A stretch of DNA of 64,000 nucleotides from Octopus bimaculoides (lineage: Eukaryota): the NCBI RefSeq assembly GCF_001194135.2, contig NC_068982.1:68537262-68601261 (forward strand), in the 5' to 3' direction. A program made the position numbers and the translations under genes. The notes below the pieces were generated by a model. The model made no database searches and was not told where the DNA came from. It saw only the letters and a program-made list of their open reading frames with translations. Numbering within the stretch: the first letter of the stretch is position 1; each line of letters begins with the position of its first letter. Shown here in pieces: positions 13,740 through 53,400 of this stretch.

Positions 13740-13850
13740 TGAAGAAATATTCACTACAGGCCGCACCATCTTGAATAGGAAACTACCCGGATGATGTGCC
13801 CCGACATGACGCACTACCATCCGAGCTTCCTCGCCTGGTTCTTTCGACAA
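13740..13850 (-). other. Putative 5'UTR exon of REPS (TSS end approximate)
   Basis: CpG-containing segment with donor TCA|GTAAGC at 13740/13739 and a YY1-like CAAGATGGTGC at 13763-13773. The coding exon has only 8 nt of UTR after an acceptor, so an upstream exon must exist. Confidence 0.5.
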
Positions 13851-14736
13851 ATTTATCTCGAGAAAAATAAATAAAGAAGTGAATAAAAAATAATAACCCA
13901 TCAAATAAATGTTTTTATTAAATATAATTTAAAAAACTATCATTTGAATTCTTAAAATCTTTGAAGTAGAATTATTTAATTTTTATTTAGTTTCTTTTTA
14001 AAAGTTGTAAAGCCATATTTAATAATAATCGAATATTTATAACAAAATTAATTTTTCTGCGGATATATTTTTAATAAAACGAGCTAATCTTTGAGAACTA
14101 TTTAATTATATTACAGAAAAATAAAAACATCCGTAAGAATTCACTAAATAAATGAAATAAAATACTTTACCTCGATGTTTAGATATAGGTATATATTAAT
14201 CATAATAGGTTTCACTGAAAAAGCTAACTTTTGATATTTTAATTTATTTTTGTTTTACATCAAAATCATAGCTAAACTTCCATTTAGAATTAATTGAAAC
14301 TGTCTCATTAAGATGAATTACCTTATTAATATAAGTATTTACACATGGTGTTTATTTGGTAATTAAATTATATATTTTCTTTGAATTTTCGATTTTTTAA
14401 AATTTTCGAACTTCATGTTGAATACTGAAGTTACACATTGAAAATAAAACATTCGCCACTAGCTCATCATGTCAACTAATGTGCGTTCCCTGACATTTTA
14501 GTTAAACATTTCGTTAAAATGTTAAGTTTTCTTAAATTTTACTTCTTAAGCGAAAATATTCAGTATTTTTAACAAAAAGGTACTTTAAGTTCCTAAAAAT
14601 AAAAAAGTTGATTTCGAAAAAAAAAAATCTTTCTTTTCACCCATGATTCCAATGTGTTGAAAAAAATTGGCGCGAGTCAGTGTTCTTGGGCAAGTGTGCG
14701 CGCATGTGGTCTTTGTTGTCTGTAATCTAAGCAAAG
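13850..14736. promoter_or_regulatory. Putative bidirectional promoter between REPS (-) and RBBP4 (+)
   Basis: Divergent 5' ends about 1 kb apart, with a very AT-rich core. E2F-like TTGGCGCG at 14667-14674 and NRF1-like GTGCGCGCATGTG at about 14695-14707 lie just upstream of the RBBP4 ATG. Confidence 0.6.
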
Positions 14737-42154
<27,418 letters not shown>

Positions 42155-42228
42155 TGCTTACACACATTACTGAACATTGTTACATAATTCATATTGCTTC
42201 ACTTCCATCTATATAGTTGGGTTAATGA

Positions 42229-42570
42229 AATAAAGACTGAAGTGTTCTTTGTGCTCTTCCTCCATTAAACATCTCTTGGAATCTCTTCCCTTTCCCTCCC
42301 TCAAGTGCAGCCTATTACACAATGGGCCATTCTCTTACTCTCTGACCACTATTCCTTCAGTCTCTTTCTCTTAGCACAATATCTATTTGCAATCAACCAA
42401 CACCATTTTTATGTGGAAAGTCCTATTGTGTTTCTCATTGCTTTAGTATTAAAAGTAATTTTTTTTTCTTTCACTTAATTTACTCGATCTATATGAGGCA
42501 TGTCCTATAACGATATTCCTGTTATGTAAATAAACAATACACTTTTTTTTTTGTGCGTGTGTGTGTGTGT
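42229..42570 (+). terminator. RBBP4 3'UTR polyadenylation signals
   Basis: AATAAA at 42229-42234 and 42529-42534; the second is followed by a T/GT-rich downstream element. Confidence 0.55.
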
Positions 42571-45500
42571 TGTATTCTATTCTCCTTTCTGCTGATGTTG
42601 AACCTTTTGTATTTTGAGAAGCAATGAAATAATTTATAGGGGTTTTATGTATGAAGAAACTTGGGAGTTGATTATTTTTGGTGATTTGTAGGCATGACTG
42701 TGTGGTTAAGAAGCTTGCTTGGCAACCTCATGATTTCAGGTTCAGTCATACTGCATGTCACCTTGTGCAAGCATTTTTTATTATAGCCCCAGACTAACCA
42801 AGACTTTCTAAATGAATTTGGTAAACAGAAACTGAGAGTCCATTGTGTGTGTTTTAACTTTTATAAGTCTTGGTTGGCTCATTGGAACAGAAAATTGTTA
42901 TCTCTTATTACCATGCCACTAATGTTTATTCAAGAGATAGGTTAACTTGTACAACTTGGTATTTTACCTGACTCTAGCAGTTCCACCAATTGGTAACATT
43001 CCAGTCTTCATTGTAGTTAGGAGACACCAGCTTTGGATTTGAATAGGACTTAAAGAAAAGTACTTTTTCTTCCATTCCTGACTAGTTTGAAAAAAAAGAA
43101 ACAGCATGAAGTTGCTATAAGTAAGAAGGATTATTTCTATGGCTTTTGACAAAGGCAAATCTGGTTGTACACAACTTGCTAGTTGCGGGTACAAAATCCA
43201 TTGTGCAAAACACCAGATGAAGCGCAAGAAGTTTGTAGCATATTAGGTTAGATGTAGTCTACAAAGAATTTGTGTAGCAACTACACCATCCAGCTGTAGG
43301 AAAAGTTATGTAGAATACAGACATTAAGTAGTTCACTTCGCAGCTACTTGGGCAGTGTCTTCTGAACCCTGAGATTGGAGTGCATTTGATAGGCAAAAGC
43401 AGTAAGGAACATGTTGTATATGTGAATGCTGACATGGCCAATGTCGGCTGGTGGAATGGGCGAATCCTTTAGTAATTGAGGGATGGTAACAAAAGGCTAG
43501 ATATAAAATCTGAGATACAGTTCCATACAAACCCTATGCTGAAATATTTCCTGTTTAAAATATGAAGACATGGATATGTAGATTTAAAGTTCATAAATGA
43601 CAATGTATTGGCTTGACGAAATTTCTGATCCAAAAATTTTTTTCCAAGGTTCTCAAGCTTGATTATCTGTCAAGTCTTTGCCAAAGATCTTAAGAGCAAG
43701 GTGTTTATGGAGGGGGATGGATCTCCAGTGATGTCAACATTGAAAGTGTGGAAGGAATATGTTTACATTCTTATTCATGCTGTTGAGAATAAAACTTATG
43801 TTAATGACAAGCCAGCTTAAGACATATATGATAATAGAGCTATATATACAGTAATAGCTTAGTCCCTGACCTACATAACTTCCAAATATTCCATGCTATG
43901 ATTGGAGGTGGAATTGGGTAACATGTGATCCAGCTGATACTGGATTTGTCCAGATTGATGTAAGAAATCTGACCTGTTTAACATTTTACTTGGTCAGAGC
44001 AGATTATATGTGATGTAATCTGCAAATGCATTAATAAAATTGTACCAAAACAGTTGTCATGAATTTTAAATGCCATTTATGTTTCCTTTTATACACCATA
44101 CAAAAAACCAACCCCAGAGTCTCTGTTGTCATATCTAGCCATTCCAGTGCTAATTCTAGAAACTAAAACATTTATGCTTTTTGAAGTGTCAGGTGAGTAC
44201 AGAGTATCATATCAATGACTGACAAAAAGAATGTTGCACTAGCACTCACTGACAAGTGCAATGCTTCCTATAACAGAAACAGCTGAAGGCTAATTCATTT
44301 TCTTTTGATTCATCATTTAACATCCACTTTTCCATGGGATATATGGAATTTGTTGAAGCAGATTTTCTACCTTGATTGTCATATTTCCCTATAGAGGCAT
44401 TAAAGGTCCTGAAAGCCAGACTTGCTCTATGCCTCACAATTTTAGTATAGGCACATTTGTATGGATGCATACATGTTCAGGTATGGTTGTTTTGTTTACA
44501 AAGTTTGCTTCACGGTGACCGTTCCTGGTTTGATTCCACTGAGTAGCATTTTAGCAAAATGTCTCCTATAAGCTTGGCTGTATTTACCAACTGAGGCTTA
44601 CAAATGGAAACACTCCTGTTTATGTGTGTGTATTTGTTTACATATGTTTCTAAAAACAATTTGTAATGCTTGGGCAGTGTTTGTTGTCAGTTCTATAAAT
44701 GAGCATCCACTTGTTCCATACTTTCAAAGGCACAAGGAATTATACTTAAGACAGGAAGGGCATTAGGCTGCAATAATCTATGGAAATAGAAGTTAAGAAG
44801 CCACAATTTTCAAAAATCTTTCAATCAATATAGTGCCATCATTTAATATCCATGTTCCACTGGGATGGGTTGGATTGCTTAAGATCTGACAAGTCAGAAC
44901 TACTTCTTACTGTGGTGTTTGTTTAATGGGTGCATTTCTTTTTTCATGCCACCAGCACTAGTGAAATTGTCATGCAACTTGCAAGACTAAATGAATCCCA
45001 AGGTAACAACTATGCTAGGTGATGCAAAATGGAGAGGGGTAAAGTATGAGAAAAACAAAGAGCCACAACTAACAATACAAAAACAGATAAGTTTATAAAT
45101 TAATGTAAAAATTACTGGCACACACATTTAATAGAATTATAAAGAACATATCTTACAAAACTTTAAACAAATCTTTCTTTGAATATTCATTTATTTCATA
45201 TTTTCAAAACAAAAAAAATATATAATATACAGATCATAATACACATAAGCCATACAAAAACACTTTATTATTCTTCCTGACTCCAAATTCATTTGAATTA
45301 TTACCCTAGCAATTCCACTACTTATTTAACCTTCCTCTCACCTTTTTTTCTAGAATTTTACTCCAAAATACTAAAATATTCTTTTTTTCCCTCTTCCTCT
45401 AACTCTCCCAATTGTAAATTACCATTTTAACACCCTTTTCTTAGAAAGTTTCTTGGGGTTCCCTTACCAGTAGTATTAAAAAAAATTTTTCACTAATGGT

Positions 45501-46249
45501 TGGATAAGCAGTGTGTCGACAAATATCAACATCAGATACTACTTCGCACATGTGGTGACGAGCGAAATACAATCGTTGGTAAGTTTTCACATGCTGAGAT
45601 GTGTGTGTTATATGATGGGCTTCCTACAGTTTCTGTCGATTGAATTCTCTAATGTATCACTGGTTGGTCCAAAGCTACAGTGGAAAACACTTACCAAAAG
45701 AGGTTGCATAATGGGATTTAAACCACAGGCGTGGATGATAAGTATGTGGTTAAGAATAGCACTTCTTAACAATATGGTTTAGATTCAGTCCCAATGTGCA
45801 ATACCCTGGGCCAAGAAACCCATTGAGTATGTCTTTGTGATCTCTTGCCCTAACATCACACAATAGTGGTAGATGAACAACACCATAATACAAAGAAGCA
45901 TTCAGTCAGTGTTGTTCATGTTCAAAACAGTATGGGGCAAAATTAGCTTGTGTGGAAACAAGTGAGGATTTGTGACATGAAGGGCATCTAGCCATAGAAA
46001 ATCAACCTCAATAAATTTCATCTAACACATGGAAACATTGCAAACTGCACATTAGAAATACAACGATGGGAATGATATATACCTCCATGTTTTTGCCTCT
46101 TCTACCATCTCACTTGTTGCTTTTTAGATGTCTTGCTCCTATTCCCTTTCTATGTCATCCGTGTAAAAGTACATGCCCTAGATTATTGAGCACTCTATAC
46201 TTATACTCCCCAACCCCCTCATCTCTATTATCCATTCGTTTTGCAGTGC

Positions 46250-46832
46250 TTCTGTGAAATTCTGTTTTCTGCTGGGGAAAACAGTGACCGAAACAATTGT
46301 CATGCTTCAGTTGACAAGGATGTTGCCATGAGCAAAACAACTTTATGAATGGTTTCCACACTTTAGGAATGGTTACTTGTCACTTGAAGACCAACCTCCC
46401 AAACGAATGAAAATTCATGAACTGATCTTGGAGGACCAAGACCGAACAATTGATGACAATGAATTTTGAGCAAGGAATTGCAAATGAAAAGAATTGCTGC
46501 AAAATTTTGTGCCTCGCTTGCTCTTGACTGAATGCATGTCATGAACTAAAAGAACAGTTGGAAGTTGAACCGGACCTCTTTTTAAAGGTTATCACCGGTG
46601 ACAAAAGCTAGTGCTACGGAAATTGCAGATATGGAAAAAGGTGAAGAAAGAAACGATGTTAAAAGGCATCACTTTGCAAGAGTTCCAGCACTGCTTCGAA
46701 TAATAGAAAACGTGTCTGGACCAATGCACTGCTCCAAATAGAGAAAACTTTGAATGCAGTAAAAGTGTAAACCTGTAAAACTGAGTGAATGAAATATTAC
46801 AAAATTTCTGGTTTCGTTTAGGTACCCCCTCG
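46250..46832 (+). mobile_element. mariner element, 5'-truncated and internally deleted
   Basis: VKFCFLLGKT.TET, VITGDKS*CYG; right TIR TTCTGGTTTCGTTTAGGTACCCCCTCG|TA. Confidence 0.8.
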
Positions 46833-47303
46833 TATGTGTTTATAATGGGCCTGGAGCTAAGACACTTGCCCAAGATATTATGCAATGGGACTGAGCTGTA
46901 GCTCTACTTCTTCCAATTATAAATTGTATAAGTTGAATGCCTATAAGCTTAAATATATACACCTTGAAAATGAACAAACTATATATTACAGATTCAGATA
47001 ATGATTCTAGCAGCACACATTTTGTAATTATTATTGAAAACGATAGATTTACCATATGCACTAGATTTAATTTTGGCTCAAATTCTTGTTTCAAAAGAAG
47101 AAATTGGTCAACAAGTGTAGTTATCCATGTCAAATGATATTTTGCAACTGGTATCCCCCTTAATACAAAGCTTTTAAAATTGGAGTTACTAGCTCCATTG
47201 TTGCAGACTATGGAAGCCCTTGATAAAAAGGAAAAAACAAATTTATTATGAAACTTCACCACTAACATCCAATCCAAGGAATGATCATGACAATGAATAA
47301 ATG

Positions 47304-47309
47304 TTTATT
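47304..47309 (-). terminator. KNL1 poly(A) signal
   Basis: AATAAA on the minus strand about 63 nt after the stop codon. Confidence 0.5.
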
Positions 47310-47371
47310 GTAAAATTACGTTTAGAGAAATGAAAATGAAAGTAATTTATACATAATGAAGTCTTGTAGCT

Positions 47372-47477
47372 TTAAAACTTGCTTGCAGCTAATTCTAAGT
47401 CAACGGCATTCACCAGTCTGCTGAAATAGCATAAACCTGGTTGCACCTTCTGTAGTCTTCGTGCTATGTCTTCACAG
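47372..47477 (-). CDS. KNL1: KNL1 terminal exon (CEDIARRLQKVQPGLCYFSRLVNAVDLELAASKF*)
   Basis: Long poly-T acceptor; TAA at 47372-47374. Confidence 0.88.
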
Positions 47478-50400
47478 CTTAAAATAAAAAGAAAAAAAAA
47501 AGAATCTGATAGAGATAAATGTTTCATTTTGGAATGATAATAAAATGGGTGATATTTTGGCACCACTCTTTTGGTGTCACTGATTCAACACCAAGTTATT
47601 TGACAGTCGTTTTAATGCTTATCTTATTCTCTTACACCTCTCTCTGTATGTATGTGTATGGGGAGAGGGAAAGATGTTGATGTCAATTGTCTTCAATAAA
47701 TAAATTGTAATGTCTTGCTCTCTCTCTAAATGTATATATGAGTATATTTCTTATTTCTTTATTGCCCACAAGGGGCTAAACAGAGCGGACAAAGGGATTA
47801 AGTCGATTACATCAACCTCAGTATGTAACTGGTACTTAATTTATCGACCCCGGAAGGATGAAAGGCAAAGTCGATCTCGGCAGAATTTGAACTCTGAACA
47901 TAACGGCAGACGAAATACCACTAAGCATTTCGCCCGGCATGCTAATGTTTCTGCCAGCTCTCCGCCTTGTGTATATGTGTATACATGTGTATGTATGTGC
48001 CTCCAGTCCTAAAAAGTTCTCTCGTCAAAACAGGCTGAATGTCCAGTCAGTCATGTCAAATTGCCAGCATCCAAAAGGCTGTGCCTGATCATCACATTCT
48101 GTACTAAAGCACTGCTTAATAATTCCAGTAAGTAGTAACTAAGAGAATTCTTTGCTGATTTGGAAGAAATCATAAGTTGACTTGTGTAACTAACATTTTA
48201 GTGAAATCAAAATCATTGTAGTTATTGTATTAATTTTTACCTTATCTGTCCATACTGGTATTTTATTTCGAACTTGATAAAACTGAAAGGGTACTGAACA
48301 GCATCTACATAGTAATCCACCATAACTTTGGACATGCTTTTTAAACAGCAATATGTGATTGTGATACTACAAGAAAGAAAATTACAACAAAGCTTTTATA
48401 ACAATTATGTTTGAACTATAATTATTCACACAACATTTAACCTCTTGCAGACGGGAAGCGGTACTGACCACATCGAAACACTGTGTGAGCAGTGCAATGT
48501 CTCACTCTGTGCGGCACCATGTTTTCAAATATACCAACTGAGAAGAATTTGTAAATATATAGTAAAATTCCTTGAATGAAAAATTATGTAGTTACTGAAA
48601 GGCCTAGTACTGGTACACAGCACTGACTGTCAGTACTAAATCCATCTGCAAAAGGTTAAAATTAAATAAAAATGTTATAAAATTTAGCAAAATAATTGAC
48701 TCCCTAATTGGAAAACTTAGTTTAATGTCAGCTGACTCAGAATAATTAACACAGTGGATCTCAACCTCTTTCTTTGTATCCCCCCTCCCACTTCACGTAG
48801 TTGTCATGCCTAGCATCCACCTGTGGTGAGTGAGGTATTGCAACTAACTTAACACGGATGATAATTTATAAATTTATTCTAAAAAAAAAAATTTTAATGG
48901 GTATGCTTTAACAATGAAATGATTAAAAAATTAATAAAGACAGAAGTTGTAAATTTACTTTATACAATACAAATTAATGACTTCCCTGTGCCTGATAAGA
49001 TCTCATTTTATTTTAATAACCATTACTAGTATCTCCCTCATTGTTTTAACATCCATGCTTACAAGGCCAGACAAAATTTATTAAGGCAGATTTTTTACAA
49101 CCTGAAGCCTTTCTTGTTGCCAACCTGCACCAGTTTTCAAACAAAGTAATACTTCCCCATGGCCAGATATGTTTCACAGAAGATTGGCAAATGATGACAC
49201 CATCTGCATGACTCCCATTACAACTATAACAATGTCAAGACAAAGAGACACTAATACACACACAACAGGCTTCTTTTAGTTTCTGTCAATCAAAACCACA
49301 CACAAAGCTTTGGTTGGCTCCTGACTACAATAGACGACCTTGTCCAAGGTGTCACACAGTGAGACTGAAAACAAAACCTTGATACAGCCTTGCCTGCACA
49401 CCTTAAATTATAAAATTTTACAAAAAACATTAAATTTTTAGGAAACTGGTCAGGGTCTTCATCATCAAAAATTAGTTCAATAAAGTTCACAAAATTGGAT
49501 GAGTTAGTTGAATTCAAACATAATTCTCACACACATTCCATTTTTATTACTTCCGAAGAAACCTCACAAGTTAATATGTTCTATTCCTAGCATAGCAATT
49601 TTATCAAAGGGATTACTTTATTATAAGCCATGGCTCCATTTACATATGAGGCAGCAGAAGCAAATTGTCATAGATGTGAATGGGACATTCTAAGTCAAAG
49701 AGTATCTATAAGAGGCAGATTGCACTGCAGAGAACATATATATAACGTAATATCAATTATTCAGATGAGGAGTAAAAAAGAAAAAGATTGTTAATACCAA
49801 TTATTTTGCAGTTTCAACTGATACTTTATAGATAAAGAATAGATCTCTTTAGCCAAATCCTGCAATTTCATCATCTCAGCACTGAACACATGCAGCGACT
49901 GTAATAAGAGAAACAGAATTGTAATGTTAAAAAGAATTAAGATAAATGTCATTATCATCATTTAACATGTCATTCATGTTGGTATGAGTTGGACAATTCA
50001 ACCTAATCTGACATGTCAGAGGACTGTGTTGAGCTCTAAAGTCTGAACACCCTTCCTGACTCCAACAACTTTACAGAGGCACCAATACTAATGAGATTAC
50101 CAAGTAATTTGCAAGACAAAATAGCCCCCTCAACTGAGTGAGAGTGTAGCACAGAGAGAAATGACTATGGACTATGCAACATGTTGAGAGGCTAAAGCAT
50201 GATAGAGGGACAGGAGATAGAGTGGTTGAGAGCAGTTGGAAATAGTGATAAAAACGGTATCATGGCATATGTTCAAGGTACAAGAAGATAACTAGAGATG
50301 ATAGGGATGGAAAGTTGGGAAGAATGGGTGAATACATTTGCAGGATTGTGAGAAAGTATGTTAAGTTACTGGGATTTAATAACCTACCTTTGAGAATTGT

Positions 50401-53400
50401 GAGATAGTAGTGCAATTTTTGAAGATTTCTGTCTCTTTTAAAGTTGCTTTCCTCATATTGTGTGCCAAGCATAACCAAGGATGATCATCTGCTACACCTA
50501 AAAGCATACATATTTTTTAAAATCTATAAAATTAGACATTCACATTATTAAGAAAAATACTATTTTGGCCAATCCTTTATTAAAGTTGAATATTCTGAGA
50601 AACTACAAGGACAGCCCAGATTATTATTGGTGTTGTACATTCTAAAATGTGGCTTTCTTTATAAACAGACTAAGTGAAACGAAATGCAGTTGAAGTGTTA
50701 GATGATTATTATTTATTAAAACTGTTTCCATAGGCCAAATTAAACAGGAGTATTTAATTAAACAAAAAAGTAATTATCAAAATTCAAATTATGCCAGGAT
50801 GGAAGGGACATTTTGACAAGATCTGACAGGTCAGAGAATATCTTGCCTCCCTAACACCAACTAACTACCTTATCAAGTGTAAAGGGAGCTTTTATTTCAT
50901 AACATCATCATCATCGTCGTTTAACGTCTGCTTTCCATGCTAGCATGGGTTGTACGATTTGAATGAGGACTGGCGAACCAGATGGCTGCACTAGGCTCCA
51001 ATCTGATCTGGCAGAATTTCTACAGCTGGATGCCCTTCCTAACGCCAACCACTCTGAGAGTGTAGTGGGTGCTTTTACGTGCCACCGGCACGAAGGCCAG
51101 TCGGGCAGGTACTGGCAATGGCCACACTCGAAATGGTGTATTTTACGTGTCACCTGCACAGGAGCCAGTCCATCGGCACTGGCAACGATTTCGCTCGAAT
51201 GTCTTTTCATGTGCCACTGGCACATGTAACAAAGTACAGAAAGTCAACACTTATTTGTAACATGTACTAGATGTTGTAAAATTCAGGATTGAATGTCATG
51301 GTGAAGGAAGTCAAGATCCAAGAATATTCAGAAGGCATAATTCAATTTTTCATACTAAAATAATTTAATATTTTACAATTTTTAAAAGAACGCTGAACAA
51401 AGTGTGTACAAAGGAATATGTTGCTGTTGTGAATGTTAATTAATTTAAAACATTTGCTGAAGGATGCATGTAGCACGACAAATATTAATTGGACATCACT
51501 TACTATATATTTTAACTGTGTAAGGTTATTGGCTATAGAATTAATCAATATCTATAAAACAGAAGATGTTTGTGTGTGTGTACGTGAATGTGGTTTATGC
51601 ACGTCCACAAATTAGCACGCATGTCGCTCCAATTTTAGGAGAAAATTCGGAATGACCCTATGTGCATTTTAGTGAACTTTCTCTCTCAGAGGTACCCATG
51701 TATACCTGTAAAAATCGATAAACTTTTACCAATTTTGAAGTTTGTTGACATGGTGAAGTCAAATCTGTGCGTATGCGCTGAAGTAGAGAGAGAGAGAGAG
51801 AGAGAAATTGTATGTTTGTGAGAGGGAGGGTGAAGGAGAAATACATTTCTTTGCCAGCGTCTGTGTGGTAAGCAGCAATCAAACAGAAAAAATACCCTCT
51901 CTCTCTCTCCCTCCCTTACATACACATGTCAGTTTTCTCTTTCTTTCTTTCTTTCTCACACACAACATTACACACAAAACACGTTGCCAAAAAGAAATAG
52001 ACGCTATCTTTTTATAGTGAGTATGCCAGACACAAAGTGTGGTGTGTATGTGAAGTTCTTTTGTTAGTGTGAGAGAGCAGCATGTGTGTGTGTGTGTGTG
52101 TGTGTGTGTAATGTTGCTGTGCGTGTGAGACAAGGAGAGAACGAAAGAAAGAAAGAAAGAGAGATAAATGTGTGTAAGGGAGGGAGAGAGATAGAGAGGG
52201 AGAACGCGCTCTCTCTATCTCTGCCGAATTGATGTAAACAAACCCATGTGGTCTGATTTTCACGTTTCTAGGTATTGTACCGTAAATCGCCATTTCCAAA
52301 ATATATTTATTTCAAATCATTTATCCGTATATATATCTAAGGCAAGGTGTGTGTGTTTTGTTGATATACGGGCAACACACACACACACACACACGAACAT
52401 GTATGCGTACAAAAAATATGTATGCAATTGGTGTACATACGTGCGTGTGTGTATNNNNNNNNNNNNNNNNNNNNNNNNNNNNNNNNNNNNNNNNNNNNNN
52501 NNNNNNNNNNNNNNNNNNNNACCAAGTGGCCTAGCATATAACAAATCTGAAAATTCAGAAAAAATTGTATTACACGTGTATAAGGGATGACCACTAGGTG
52601 GACATCCAATATGCTAGAAAGAGGTCATCAACGACCCAACCACAAAGAAAAATAATGTTCTCCGGGTTCCTAACCCATGAGCAAAGAGGGGTTAGATGAT
52701 GGCGGTAGTGTTTTCAAAGAGATGGCATGTGTAACCTGATAACCTCTGCCGATCAAACTCTCAACCCATGCGCTCCAGTTGCAACACTGATTCTGCCCAA
52801 ATTTGACGTCATGTTACTTAGTTTGGTTTGAAATAAAGAACTTGATTAGCTTAACAATCCCAACTTAATCCCGGGCAAAGCCGGGCTATACTGCTAGTAC
52901 TGACTAAAGCAGTAAAAACGTTGCATGGTGTGGAATGCTAACACTGTTGAAGCTGCATAGCAGGAATACGATAAGGATGATAGGACTGTTAAAGAACCAT
53001 TATCTTCAGATATATTTGCAAGTGTTGTCAAATCAGCCAAATCTTCAAGTTGGTTATAAAAACCAGAATGTTTCAGCGCATAAACATTGATAATCATTAA
53101 TACTGTTTAAGCCACAACTCTACATGATGAAAAGGAAAATCCAAACAGTGATACTTCAAAATAAATGCTGGTGTATGTTCAATGTCCAGGCCACAACTAA
53201 GTGCTTTCAAAATCAGCACGTTTCACTGGTGGGCAGAAGTTGTTACTTGCATTCGTACACTGCCAGCCCTACCTGGCTGGCGTCTGCCCAAACACAACTA
53301 AATTAGCAGCAGTGATAAAACAGCTCTGTCACGTTTCACTACACACATACACTGTAGATATCTTGCCCCCGGTAAGGCTAAAGACTCCTCTAGATTCTGC

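Noticed and set aside
42964-43530. Exon-like segment (tag...CAG|GTAAAA) and DLPLSKAIEI motif on the minus strand
   Set aside because: Lies outside any gene and has no partner exons. At best a very decayed Gypsy gag relic; too weak to call.
46840-47277. 145-aa minus-strand ORF downstream of KNL1
   Set aside because: AT-rich, no recognisable domain, and lies just past the KNL1 poly(A) signal; treated as a chance ORF.
49290-49730. Minus-strand ORF NFIELIFDDEDPDQFPKNL, and a possible stop-recoded exon after 49798
   Set aside because: No usable acceptor in phase. Exon 48241-48366 supplies the RWD-C segment without invoking editing.
50560-50665. Good branchpoint/acceptor on the minus strand with KESHILECTT resembling human KNL1 KESWKKTCTT
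   Set aside because: Wrong phase, no credible donor, and the true homologous segment is in exon 50388-50497.
51504-51532. 29-nt phase-compatible KNL1 exon candidate (TNNLTQLKYI)
   Set aside because: Exon 50388-50497 fills the same phase slot with clear KNL1 similarity. Using both would frameshift.
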